The notes under the pieces are model-generated. The model made no database searches. It had not been told where the DNA came from and saw only the letters and a list, made by a program, of their open reading frames with translations. The position numbers and the translations under genes are program-made. This document shows, one piece after another, positions 50,320 to 60,529 of a stretch of DNA of 64,000 bases. Source of the DNA: a virus; IMG/VR virus record IMGVR_UViG_3300021976_000001. One strand, 5' to 3'. The first letter of the stretch is position 1. Every line of letters starts with the position of its first letter.

Positions 50320-51036
50320 GTGTTGAGCGGTTTCGCCTAGTGGCCGTGCTCAGGGCCTCTGATCCCTCGCCCTTTGCAGGCTCCGGGTAGAGCTGGTGAA
50401 AGCTCTGCAGGAAGCTGGGACGTGGGCTTAGCGTCTGTTTGACACGTCTTAGGTGCGCTTATCTGCAATCGGCACGTACGCCCAACTCCCTGCGGAGCTT
50501 TCACCTTTGTGGCGAAGACCCTGCAGGAAGCTGATTCGGTATTCCCTCCTTGTCCTCTTGCCGGTGCCATCGCACGTCCTTCCCAGAGCCAGTGCCATCA
50601 CCAGGGCTGGTGTGGTCTGCGGTCTGAGAGGCGTGACCCGTGGAAGAGTCAGATACCCCGCAGCTCCCTGCGGAGCCTTCGCTTGTCCCTTGTTTCGGGA
50701 GGCTGTGACCCCTCCGCCGGCCCTACTGTTGGACTTGGCCGCCACCATTTTCGCCTGGTGCTGGCGGCAGATCCTTGGTGCGAACCGGGCGCCCTACTGG
50801 CTTGCCGGCCACTGGAACCTGCTGGCTGCCTTGGCCCCTTGCGGGGCTGGCTTGCTGAAGATCAATGTACTCTCACCAGGAACAGATCGCAAGCCCAAAT
50901 ATGAGAATTTATAAGAAAGTCTATGACCAGGGAATTTACGAGGGCGAGCCAGGTGACAGGGCACGGTCCAGCCTGCCACCCGGCTTCTAGCCCCTGTTCC
51001 CACCAGATCGCCAGACCATCCAGTGGGAAGCCCTCG

Positions 51037-51240
51037 TCACGCAGGTGGGCCAAGCGTGGGTGGTGTCTCACCCAATTGCTGACGCAACCATGCGAGAGCC
51101 GTGTTCAACCCGACTGCAAGCATCGGGACCCACCAGTACGGCAGATCCGCCGTTGCTGCGATGGCGGCTGAAGTAGCGGCTACTGCTCCAGTCCAGAACA
51201 CCTTGAAGAAGATGTCCCTGTAGTTGACTGAACCACCCAT
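51037..51240 (-). CDS. holin candidate (67 aa)
   Basis: Immediately downstream of the endolysin. Hydrophobic helices (FWTGAVAATSAAIAA, WWVPMLAVGLNTALAWL). Confidence 0.55.
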   Translation of the reverse strand: MGGSVNYRDIFFKVFWTGAVAATSAAIAATADLPYWWVPMLAVGLNTALAWLRQQLGETPPTLGPPA

Positions 51241-51261
51241 GTTGTTTCCTCCTTGTTGAGA

Positions 51262-51933
51262 TCAGTCCACGAGACTGCGGAGAGCGTCCGAAGTGGCGTC
51301 GTCCACTTGCTTCGGCGCCACACCGATGGCTCGCAGGGCGCTGCGCTGCGCAGGGTTGAGTGACTTGACATTGCCGCCACCCACCCACAGAGCAGGATTA
51401 CCGGGGCTGTCAATGATCAAATCCATGTCTTCTTCCTCTGGTTCGGGGGTTTCAGTTGTGAGGGAGCGGTTGTTCCACTGGTAAGCCAGGACGGTGAACT
51501 CTGAACCTGGACAGGGCTTCACCTTGAAGGCGTTGTGCGGTAACACCTGAGTTCCACAGTGTTCGGCCTTCCGGCCCTCAGCGATCAAAGACTTGGTGTC
51601 AGCCACCATGGCCTCTGTAGGCGCCTCGTTGGGATAGCCGGTACCAGGACCGCCACCGATGAACTCAAGAACAGAGAACCAGGCGGAATCCGGACCGTCG
51701 TCGTGACCTACCACATCAGTACCACCTGCGTACTGATTCTTGTTCCAACCACGACCAACGAACCTTGTGCCGTGCGGACACACGCCAAACGAATAGGCGA
51801 TGTCGTTGGAGTCGGGCCACTTCTGCTGATGGTATGCCTTCACACCATTCCAGAACGAAATGCAGCGAGAGTGAGGCTTACCAATGCAGTTGGCTGACGG
51901 ACCGTTGTGATGGATTACGAAACCCTTCTTCAT
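51262..51933 (-). CDS. endolysin, N-acetylmuramoyl-L-alanine amidase (amidase_2/PGRP-like) plus C-terminal domain
   Basis: FVIHHNG...AYSFGVCPHGTRFVGRGW... is typical of amidase_2. Position after the tail genes fits. Confidence 0.75.
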   Translation of the reverse strand: MKKGFVIHHNGPSANCIGKPHSRCISFWNGVKAYHQQKWPDSNDIAYSFGVCPHGTRFVGRGWNKNQYAGGTDVVGHDDGPDSAWFSVLEFIGGGPGTGYPNEAPTEAMVADTKSLIAEGRKAEHCGTQVLPHNAFKVKPCPGSEFTVLAYQWNNRSLTTETPEPEEEDMDLIIDSPGNPALWVGGGNVKSLNPAQRSALRAIGVAPKQVDDATSDALRSLVD

Positions 51934-51971
51934 ACGCTTCTCCTTGCCTTGTAATTCAGGCTAGCAGGTCG

Positions 51972-53822
51972 TTAGAACGCTGCTCCTACGTCATCAATGT
52001 AGAGCCACCTACGGGCACCAGCCGATCCACTGAGCTGGATGTTGAAGCCGGTCCCGGCTGCGATCTGACGGACCACAGTACGAAGACTTATGGTCTGATC
52101 TGCAGAAGGAATGTAGGACCGGCTACCACTGGCGGACCCTGTCTCAGTCCCATTAATGCTCATTGATCTAGCAATGATCGTGTGAAACAAGGTGAATCCT
52201 GATCCAGTGTCCATCTCAATGTCAATGGCGAAACGAGAAGCAGCGGCGAGGCCGTTAAACGTGTAGTTTGGGACATCATAAGCGATCCTGTAGGTTCGCC
52301 CCACCAATACGTCAATGTTGGAAATCGTTTCCACTGTCTGTGGAAGAGCGGCGTTCGCCCAGTTGGTCGTAGCAGTTGTGCCAATCGCTTCACCGACCTG
52401 TCCCCGAGGCATTGAGCGGTTGTTGCGACGGATGTCAAGTCCACCGGGGAAAGCGTAGGGGTTGGTGATCCTCACGACAGTGGCATGAACCTTGGTGGAT
52501 GCAGCCACTGTCATGTTGATACTAACAACCTCACTCGTAGGGTCTCCGGTCTCCCACTTCCTGTACCACACACCCGAGCCTAAGATGTGCGTGGTGCCGA
52601 GCCCAGAGGCCTGAACGCCCAGCTGTTTCCACCCCTCTGGGACCGTCCAACCAACTGGGATAGCCGGACCAGCCAGGGCTACGTGAGCGACCATGAGATC
52701 ACCGTTGGCCACAGAGGCTGGAGCGTTGATGGTCAAGTTGATGGTCTTGGTGGTGAAGGTCTGTACCGTGCCCGACTCAACAGCACCGATCGCCGGGGAC
52801 GTGCCACCACCACCCCGAACTATGACACCATGTCCGACCTTGCGAGTGAAAGCCGCCGACGTATTAGTGAAGTTAGCCACACTCGGAGCAGCGTCGGCGG
52901 GATCCTTCGTGGCCAGCGAAGTTGCCAGTGACGTAGCCCCAGAGCTGTTGACGTCTGTCTGTTCTGTGAAGCCTGCTGGAGGAGTGTAACTCTGAGCGCC
53001 TAGCGCCGAGGCAGCCGAAGCTGACACGAACCGTAGATCAAGATCATCAGCAGTGGCAAACGACGAGATGGCGGGAGCGCTGTGAGTGGTGCCAGGTGAG
53101 AGTGCCAACGAGCTAGCCCAGTGCGGAGCTGGTGTGGCCGACACGCTGCCACTGGCAATTGAGATGGTCTCACCGGTCACAGGATCAGCAACGATGATGC
53201 CGTCATGGCGAACTGCGACTCCGGTGATACCAGAAACACCATCACGCACCTGGAGACCCTCGCCAGTAGACACAATCACCCGCACCTGATTACCATCGTC
53301 CCACAGCCGCAGGCCACCAATTGGATCTAGACGAACCAAATCGGACGTCTCCGTACCCATGAACCACTGATTAGCGTCTAGATAACCAACCATTTCTCCA
53401 TCGTCATTGAAGAATGCGATGTATCCAGCACCTTCGTTGCCGTCAATGCGAATGTGTTCGCCATCTTCCGCAGCACCAAAAGGAACAACGATTTGCTTGA
53501 GAGCGCTCGTGCGTATGGAAGTGGCACCAGCCGAGCCGTCAAAGGTGGTGCGCACCTGTTCACCAGCAAACGTTTCGCCCAACCGAGTGGTTGGTATGAC
53601 ACCCGGCTCTCCCCAGTTGTCAGACTGAGTTGGATCACTACTCATAGCCTCTGAGTCCATGCGGATCCAGGCAACGTCCAGCTCCACTTCTTGCAGGTCT
53701 TCAACCGTGCCCGCAAGCTGCCTGGTTGTTCTGGTCTGAGACACCGCTTCGGTAACGGCAGCCTTTGCCATTGTCCTCAACAGTGCGGCCAGATTGACAA
53801 CCGTGAGATTAGACGACGTCAT
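51972..53822 (-). CDS. minor tail / receptor-binding candidate (616 aa)
   Basis: Last large gene of the tail module. Beta-rich and Gly/Thr/Ser-rich. Confidence 0.5.
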   Translation of the reverse strand: MTSSNLTVVNLAALLRTMAKAAVTEAVSQTRTTRQLAGTVEDLQEVELDVAWIRMDSEAMSSDPTQSDNWGEPGVIPTTRLGETFAGEQVRTTFDGSAGATSIRTSALKQIVVPFGAAEDGEHIRIDGNEGAGYIAFFNDDGEMVGYLDANQWFMGTETSDLVRLDPIGGLRLWDDGNQVRVIVSTGEGLQVRDGVSGITGVAVRHDGIIVADPVTGETISIASGSVSATPAPHWASSLALSPGTTHSAPAISSFATADDLDLRFVSASAASALGAQSYTPPAGFTEQTDVNSSGATSLATSLATKDPADAAPSVANFTNTSAAFTRKVGHGVIVRGGGGTSPAIGAVESGTVQTFTTKTINLTINAPASVANGDLMVAHVALAGPAIPVGWTVPEGWKQLGVQASGLGTTHILGSGVWYRKWETGDPTSEVVSINMTVAASTKVHATVVRITNPYAFPGGLDIRRNNRSMPRGQVGEAIGTTATTNWANAALPQTVETISNIDVLVGRTYRIAYDVPNYTFNGLAAASRFAIDIEMDTGSGFTLFHTIIARSMSINGTETGSASGSRSYIPSADQTISLRTVVRQIAAGTGFNIQLSGSAGARRWLYIDDVGAAF

Positions 53823-54897
53823 AGAAGATCCTTCTCATCGTATGTTGCATGGCACCACCCGAGGTCAACTCCATGTTCCAACCAGTTTCCAGCCAGTTCA
53901 AGTTGAACGCCGGAACAATCTCGTACGTGTCATGTCTAGGATCCAAAGTTGAACTAAACGTAACAAATTCAAACACGTCACTTGTTTGAGCCAAAGTACG
54001 AGCGCCCTTATTCACAATATCCTGGCTTGACGTACCCTGTACAGATTGTGTTTGACCAATCCTATATCCTCTATTCGCAAATGAATGAGGCGCCGAAGCC
54101 GGCAATTGATATCGCCCAGCTCTCAACTGGGAGGTACCAGAGTCAAACATCCCGAAGTCGTTCGGGGCATTTAGCAGACCACTGGAGAAGAGTATGGAAT
54201 CCGAGATGATCCTAGTATCTAGACCGTACGCAGGAACAGAAGGAGAGTTGAAGGCTGGATCCGGTGGCTGATCCAAGTGCAGTATTCCGTCCCTGTCAAA
54301 CCAGGGTGATGCGAACCCCACCAGGTTGCACAGGTCGGTCAGCATTTGAGACCAAGTTGCACCCGGTTGCCAGCTCATGGGGTCGGCCAATCCCCTTTCG
54401 GCCTCTGGACCTATCGTAGAAATCTGCTCCAGCTGGAAGCCGGCACGGTTCAGTAGGAAGATCATTATCAGAACGATGGTTGCACCACGACCCCATCCGA
54501 ATGCCTGCGTAGTGTCCTTGTCCAGGATGTAGTTGTAATCAACTAACTGAGCGTGCTTTTCATCTCCCCATGAACGGCGTGGTTTGTTCTCATCAGCCCA
54601 AACAAACGTACCCAGACGAAACTCAACGCCGTTCTGCAAAACCATGTAGACACGTAGACGATCGCTAACCGTGTTCACATATGCAGCTTCGTCAGGTAAG
54701 AGTTTGAAATTGGTAAGGCGCCTTGACGTTCTATTTGAAACATCGTTCTGAACAGAGATCACGGAGGAGGATCTGTCTGGATGCAACTGACCAATTGGCC
54801 TGAGGTCTCTGTCGCACAGTTCAAATCTGAAGCGATCAGCCCTACGCCTTACGCCATCCAGGTTGAGGATCTGATCTGTAGTTGGCGCCCAAACCAT
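53809..54897 (-). CDS. minor tail protein (362 aa)
   Basis: Position in the tail module. Confidence 0.5.
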   Translation of the reverse strand: MVWAPTTDQILNLDGVRRRADRFRFELCDRDLRPIGQLHPDRSSSVISVQNDVSNRTSRRLTNFKLLPDEAAYVNTVSDRLRVYMVLQNGVEFRLGTFVWADENKPRRSWGDEKHAQLVDYNYILDKDTTQAFGWGRGATIVLIMIFLLNRAGFQLEQISTIGPEAERGLADPMSWQPGATWSQMLTDLCNLVGFASPWFDRDGILHLDQPPDPAFNSPSVPAYGLDTRIISDSILFSSGLLNAPNDFGMFDSGTSQLRAGRYQLPASAPHSFANRGYRIGQTQSVQGTSSQDIVNKGARTLAQTSDVFEFVTFSSTLDPRHDTYEIVPAFNLNWLETGWNMELTSGGAMQHTMRRIFYDVV

Positions 54898-57329
54898 CAG
54901 GCAACCTCCACCGGTACCGGAGCATCGTGCGTTGGTATGGCGTTTACGTCAGCCGTGTAGTACCGAGAACTGTTGCTTCGGCTAGCTTCGGTAATAGCGA
55001 CATGCCCCAGTATCTGAGTGCCTCTGTCGTCAAGCGTGCACACGTACGGGATGTCCAACGACCTGATGATATTCATTAAGGGGGTGATGGCCTTATGACC
55101 TCCATCACGATATACCGCCATCTTGTCTATGGTGATGCCGGTATGCCAACCGATACCTCTGTCCTCTGTCTCCATGAATACAACCTGACGATTAGCACCG
55201 TGAATCAATACCGTCTCGTCACCTGCTGAAGACAGAAGCGGGTACGTGGAGTCATGATCAAAGAAGTACACCACTTCCTTTGTGGTGTCGTGATTGGACG
55301 TGAATATGACAACCTCACCCGGACCGGTGGGTTTCACAGCCCCTGTCTGTGCGTAAGTACTGAAACGACCGTCAAGACCAACCGCACGAATTCGGTATAT
55401 GGCCGAAGTATCTCGGGGCACTTCGTGGTCGTCAAACGAAGACGCTGCTGAATTGTTCAAATGAGCTATACGAAACCATATGGTTCCTCCGTCCAAGGAT
55501 CTATCAAGTTCATAGCGCTTGAACAGACCACCCATGCCGCTGCCGGGCGGCGACCACGACACCCGCACGTGTTGGATCAGCGGTACTCCCTGAACCGACA
55601 GATACGTCAATACCGGAACTTGAATTATGGCGGCTGCCGCACCGGTTGCAGGGTTGGGCTGCCGCACCAGTACAGCGCTGAGATCTCGGTTGGTGTCGTG
55701 GGTGGCGCCTATGAAGGCACCAGAGGTATTGCCCCCGAAACTGGCTGTTGGTGCCAGAGAGCAATTCGGCATGGCCATCAACCACTCACCCGAGTTTGTG
55801 GTGAAGCGAAGCTCATACGGGATGGCATTGGTCAGTACCGCTCCGGAACTCAAAAACCCGGACACGTAAGCCCAATCCGGAGAACCACTAAGAACACGCA
55901 GGGAACGAGCGGCAGCGGCCGTGATTGTGAAGGTGCCGCCCATCTGAACTTGATCCGAGATACGAATGACGGCAACCGTCAAAGTTGGATTGCCGGTAGC
56001 AGGAGGAATGACTGGGAAGCACGTGCCCAGATACGTCTGCGTGGAGCCGGGCACCAACCGCTGACCCAGCTTCTGAGCAGACGTGACCTTGGCCAAATCG
56101 GCCAAGTCCAGGCGGTACGGTTGGCTGTCAATGCTGTCGGCTGGTGCCGTGGTCACCATCGCCAGCGCATAGCTGGCCTGGGACACCCCTGAGAACACCT
56201 TCTGGGGCCTACCGAACGTGTCGTAAGCGATGGTGTCGCTGGCGAGGCCGGTAGCGCCTGGTGGTGGCGTGCCACTGAAGCTGAGCGGATACACGATCCC
56301 GGGAGGATTACCGTCTCTGGTCAGATCCTGGTACGCACCATTCCAGCGTACGTCGTCGGCCACGATTGGACCATACTGACTGGGACTTGCCGATTGACGC
56401 CAGAAGAACAAGTAGTTGGTGTTGATCAACTTGGACCAGTTGACGGTACCCGCTGGCATGGTGCGCAACGTGTCCGTAGTGACGTTGATCAGCTTGGAAG
56501 TACCAATGCTTTCGGGCCTGCGCCACACGCCTACGGCAGCCCTGTTCTCCGTTTCCAGGTAGGCAACGTTCAGGCTCAGGGCAATAATCCTGGGGACCTG
56601 TGCTGCAGATGCAGTCACAGACCTTATCATGACACCCCAATCAGTTTGGGTGCCAAAGTTGGCTATTTCAGCCGGCGTCCACGGACGCAGGGTGGCTGGG
56701 TTGATCTCTCCCCAGAAGAACGAATACAGAGCCCCGTACCCGGTGACGTCACGACGTGCCCCACCAGCTGGAGAGAAGTAGGCACCGCCTATACGAAGCC
56801 TAGTTTCCACCTTTCGGATACCGGTATTAGCCCCCAGAATTGCACCAACACCGACCCAGAATATACGACCGTTCGCAGCAGCTCCACCGTTGAACAGAGC
56901 CGTATCAAAGCCAGCTGCGTAGTCAAGAACACCACTGGGTGTCTGGAGCCATGTGGTCTCGGTGACAACGCTAGGCCATTGAGTGGTGTCGTCATCAATG
57001 GACTGCCAAAGGTTGGTTGAACCACCGGATTGATTGACCCAACCAGTGTTGAGCCTATCCACATTTGGCACCAGATTCACAACCTTAGGCAGAGCCGTGA
57101 ACTCATTGCCTTCCACCATGACGTCAATCAAAGTGGGCACGCTGGCACGTGTCAGTGGATCAACTGAAGCAGACATCTTCAGAGACCCAATTGTCTCAGC
57201 CACCGTAGACCTCTTGCGATCCATACGCCCAGGCGCTCCCGACCACACCCTATTCTTGTGATCGTGGTTCGTCATCCATTCAAGGCCAAGCACTTCACCA
57301 GACGAAGCATTTGGATTCCAGTTAGGCAT
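54897..57329 (-). CDS. minor tail protein (810 aa) with fibronectin type III-like domain
   Basis: Directly after the tape measure protein. VRVSWSPP...YELDRS...IYRIRAV is FN3-like. Confidence 0.6.
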   Translation of the reverse strand: MPNWNPNASSGEVLGLEWMTNHDHKNRVWSGAPGRMDRKRSTVAETIGSLKMSASVDPLTRASVPTLIDVMVEGNEFTALPKVVNLVPNVDRLNTGWVNQSGGSTNLWQSIDDDTTQWPSVVTETTWLQTPSGVLDYAAGFDTALFNGGAAANGRIFWVGVGAILGANTGIRKVETRLRIGGAYFSPAGGARRDVTGYGALYSFFWGEINPATLRPWTPAEIANFGTQTDWGVMIRSVTASAAQVPRIIALSLNVAYLETENRAAVGVWRRPESIGTSKLINVTTDTLRTMPAGTVNWSKLINTNYLFFWRQSASPSQYGPIVADDVRWNGAYQDLTRDGNPPGIVYPLSFSGTPPPGATGLASDTIAYDTFGRPQKVFSGVSQASYALAMVTTAPADSIDSQPYRLDLADLAKVTSAQKLGQRLVPGSTQTYLGTCFPVIPPATGNPTLTVAVIRISDQVQMGGTFTITAAAARSLRVLSGSPDWAYVSGFLSSGAVLTNAIPYELRFTTNSGEWLMAMPNCSLAPTASFGGNTSGAFIGATHDTNRDLSAVLVRQPNPATGAAAAIIQVPVLTYLSVQGVPLIQHVRVSWSPPGSGMGGLFKRYELDRSLDGGTIWFRIAHLNNSAASSFDDHEVPRDTSAIYRIRAVGLDGRFSTYAQTGAVKPTGPGEVVIFTSNHDTTKEVVYFFDHDSTYPLLSSAGDETVLIHGANRQVVFMETEDRGIGWHTGITIDKMAVYRDGGHKAITPLMNIIRSLDIPYVCTLDDRGTQILGHVAITEASRSNSSRYYTADVNAIPTHDAPVPVEVA

Positions 57330-60300
57330 CAGACGATCCTCGCATCAGTCAAGATCTTGCGCTCCTCAAGAACACCCAGGAAAGCCTTGCCAGCTGCACG
57401 ACCTTCTTCAGGTGTATTGGCCTGAACGGTGAAGTTTTCAATATGAAGCAAAGTGGTCGGTTTTGCTTCCGCTTTACCTCTGAATTGGTCTCCAAACACA
57501 GAATTACTTGGAGAAATATTGCCGATGGTCCCGCCAGCCCCAACCCCAGCAGCGGCAACACCCACGGAAAGATCCGCACGCAGGGAAGGCCCGATGTCTT
57601 GGAGCAGGGATCGCAACGGAGCAACCTGATCGGAAATACCTTCAATCAGTCCTTCTATCAACATCCGGCCGATCGGTATGAAGAGCTTGCGATCCTTGGC
57701 GGGTGGACCCTTCCAGCTGGTGAGGCTTCCAGCAAGACCGGTCAGAGTATCCCGAACGCTGCTGATAACGCTCCTGATACCATCAACAAAACCCTGAATA
57801 AGATCACGGCCTGCACCCCATAGAGTGCTCGCAAGGTTTCCGATCCAACCAGCGATACGACCGGGCAAACCAGACAGATAGCCAACAACTGCGATCACTC
57901 CGTTGGTGACGCCACTTTGGAAACCAGCTATCAACTGGGCTCCTCTGGAAATCAACGCACCAACAACTCCACCCAGAGCACCCAGAGCCCTGCCCGGCAC
58001 ACCCTGCAAGAATCCGATGATGGTGCTAATGGCTCCCGAAACTCTACTGGTCATTGCCGACCACGCAGAGCTAAGGAAAGAACCGATAGCTGACCATGCG
58101 CTATTCCATGCGTTACGAATATTGTTGAGTGCTGTCGCAATACGTTCAATAAGAGCACCGATAAAAGTGCTGACGACAGCAACAATCGCAGCCCAAATAC
58201 CGGTCACCCAACTACTGACAGCACTCCAGGCATTGTTCCATATCGTCCTGATTAGGTTTAGGGCGCTGCCTATCAACCCGATGATTATAGCGATAGCCCC
58301 GGTAACCACACCCTGGATAAGGCTCCAAGCCGTGCGTAACACCAAACCGATAAAGGCCCACGCAGTATCCCAGAGCAAGCGGATCAGGTCCAGGCCCGTG
58401 CCGATGATCAATCCAACAGCCTGAATGGCACCGGTGACGACCAACAAAATGAAATCCCATACGGCGCCAAAGATGTTCTTGACACCGTCCCAAGCCTTGG
58501 CCCAGTCACCTGTGATTATGCCGGTAACTACCTGGATGATTCCTTGAATGGTCCGAAGCACTATTTCCACGAAAGACTTGATAAAGTTGAAAGCAAACAT
58601 CACAATGTCTATGATGTTATCTCCCAACAACGACCAGGCATTGAGCAATACTCCAACAAACGTTGTGACAATATCAACGATGATGCCAATAGCAATACTG
58701 ACGGCCGTGGTAATAACCGTCCAGATGGCTTGCCACAAAGGCCCCAGAATGACGATGCCCTGGACAATCTTGTCAAACACGGCTACGGCCAGCGCACCCA
58801 GTTCCGTGAATACCGGGAACACGTTTGCCTGAAGCCAGTTGAAGGCAGCACCCAGCTTCTCTTGAACACTGCTGGCGAACCTACCGATAGCCGGTATCAC
58901 GGTGCCCGTTATGAACCCGATGAATGCCTGGATGGCAGGAAGCCCAGTATTCTGGAACCACTGAACTATGGCAGTACCTACCTCAACGACCTTCTGTATG
59001 AAGCTCTGGATAGCCGGTACCGCTACCTCCATGAACCAATGAGCAAACGCCTTTCCTATTTCAACTGCTCGTGCGGCTAGGTCTTTGGCAATTGGAATGA
59101 CGGTGCTCTGAATGTACTGCCATACAGCCTGCACTCCGTTTCTGAAGTTCTCGTTCTTTTGCCACAACAGAACCAGTGCGGCTACCACGGCCGCTATGAC
59201 GATTACCCAAAAGAACAAAGCAGCGGCAGAAAGTCCGATGATGGCACCTATGGCCGTGAAAGCAGCCACTGCGGACTGAATAGCTCCCACCAAGAAGGTG
59301 ATAGCCCCAATAGCGATAAGAAGAACGGCGGCTATGGCCAACCCCTTGCCGATCATCTCCTGCGTCTTCGGTGACAGGTTTGCGAAAGCATTTGTCACAT
59401 TGGTCAGCTGGTCAGCAATATCACGAAGGCCCTTGAGGAACGGTGTGCCGATGATAATGAGAACAGTTTCCAACGAGCCCTGAAGCTGCTCCAAAGACCC
59501 CTTGAAGTTGTCCATGCGCTTCTCAGCGACTTCTTCCGATGACACCTTGGCCATGCTGGCAGCAAGCGTGTCCATACCGGCTGCGCCTTCTTTGGTGATG
59601 ACCGCAGCCGCACGAATGGCATCACTACCAAAGATGGTTTCCAATGCCATCGTCTTCTGAGCATCTGTCAAGTCAGCCGTAGATGAATGCAGTATCTCAG
59701 AGATCTCAGACAGTGACTTAAGCTTGCCACCAGCCGTGAAGAAGCGGTTACCGGCCTCCTCCGTAATGATGCCCAGGTCCTTCATCGTGTCCCGCTGCTT
59801 AGCGGTAGTGGGCTGAAGGTTCAACAAGAAAGTCTTCAGTGAAGTACCAGCATCGCTGCCCTTGATGCCCGCCTTGCCCATCGCCGTAATGCCAACGGCC
59901 AGATCGTCAAAGCTCAAGCCCACCAAGCCGGCAGCAGCACCGGATTGTTTCAGTGACTCACCAAACTCATGGACGTCAATGGCACTTGCGTTAGCCGAAC
60001 CTGCAATCAGGTCGGCAACGTGCGCCATGTCCTTGCCCTTGAGACCAAACGTATTCAAGGCAGCCGAAGCAATGGAAGCTGCTTCTGTTAGATCAATCTC
60101 ACCAGCTGCTGCCAGGTTGACAACGGCATCGGCAGCACCGTTCATGATGTCGTCTAGAGAAACACCCGCCTTGGACAGTTCCTCAATGGCGAAGGCCGCT
60201 TCAAGAGCAGAGAACTTGGTGTCAGCACCCAGCTGAAGGGCCTTCTTACGAATGCTCTCTAGTTCTTTCTCAGTGGCACCTGTGACAGCCCCAATGGCAC

Positions 60301-60526
60301 TAATGCGCTCTTCAAAGTCAGCCGCTTTGCTGATGGCAACACCCAGCCCTGCCGCAATGACAGCGCCCGCACCGCCGATGGCCAAACCGACGGTACGGGC
60401 TTCCTTTCCTGCACCCTTTACCTTCTGAGTGAAGCTCTCGCTGGCCTTAGTGGCAGTACCGAATCCAGTGACAGCACCAGATGGATCTATAACTACCTTG
60501 CCTCTGGCTGTCCCTAGATCACTCAT
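57329..60526 (-). CDS. tape measure protein
   Basis: 1065 aa. N-terminal TP901-type core (AIGAVTGATEKELESIRKKALQLGADTKFSALEAAFAIEELSKAG). Long Gly/Ala/Ile-rich hydrophobic middle region. Confidence 0.85.
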   Translation of the reverse strand: MSDLGTARGKVVIDPSGAVTGFGTATKASESFTQKVKGAGKEARTVGLAIGGAGAVIAAGLGVAISKAADFEERISAIGAVTGATEKELESIRKKALQLGADTKFSALEAAFAIEELSKAGVSLDDIMNGAADAVVNLAAAGEIDLTEAASIASAALNTFGLKGKDMAHVADLIAGSANASAIDVHEFGESLKQSGAAAGLVGLSFDDLAVGITAMGKAGIKGSDAGTSLKTFLLNLQPTTAKQRDTMKDLGIITEEAGNRFFTAGGKLKSLSEISEILHSSTADLTDAQKTMALETIFGSDAIRAAAVITKEGAAGMDTLAASMAKVSSEEVAEKRMDNFKGSLEQLQGSLETVLIIIGTPFLKGLRDIADQLTNVTNAFANLSPKTQEMIGKGLAIAAVLLIAIGAITFLVGAIQSAVAAFTAIGAIIGLSAAALFFWVIVIAAVVAALVLLWQKNENFRNGVQAVWQYIQSTVIPIAKDLAARAVEIGKAFAHWFMEVAVPAIQSFIQKVVEVGTAIVQWFQNTGLPAIQAFIGFITGTVIPAIGRFASSVQEKLGAAFNWLQANVFPVFTELGALAVAVFDKIVQGIVILGPLWQAIWTVITTAVSIAIGIIVDIVTTFVGVLLNAWSLLGDNIIDIVMFAFNFIKSFVEIVLRTIQGIIQVVTGIITGDWAKAWDGVKNIFGAVWDFILLVVTGAIQAVGLIIGTGLDLIRLLWDTAWAFIGLVLRTAWSLIQGVVTGAIAIIIGLIGSALNLIRTIWNNAWSAVSSWVTGIWAAIVAVVSTFIGALIERIATALNNIRNAWNSAWSAIGSFLSSAWSAMTSRVSGAISTIIGFLQGVPGRALGALGGVVGALISRGAQLIAGFQSGVTNGVIAVVGYLSGLPGRIAGWIGNLASTLWGAGRDLIQGFVDGIRSVISSVRDTLTGLAGSLTSWKGPPAKDRKLFIPIGRMLIEGLIEGISDQVAPLRSLLQDIGPSLRADLSVGVAAAGVGAGGTIGNISPSNSVFGDQFRGKAEAKPTTLLHIENFTVQANTPEEGRAAGKAFLGVLEERKILTDARIV

Positions 60527-60529
60527 CAG

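Noticed and set aside
50449-50914. ORFs of 99-153 aa on both strands inside the non-coding region (50453..50914 +, 50509..50904 +, 50449..50748 -).
   Set aside because: The translations are Arg/Pro/Ala/Leu/Gly-rich, as expected for random frames in GC-rich DNA. There is no RBS, the frames overlap one another, and they run through the repeated hairpins. I treat them as non-coding.
51972-53822. A diversity-generating retroelement or other variability system acting on the tail-fibre genes.
   Set aside because: No reverse transcriptase is present, and I noticed no template/variable repeat pair near any tail gene.
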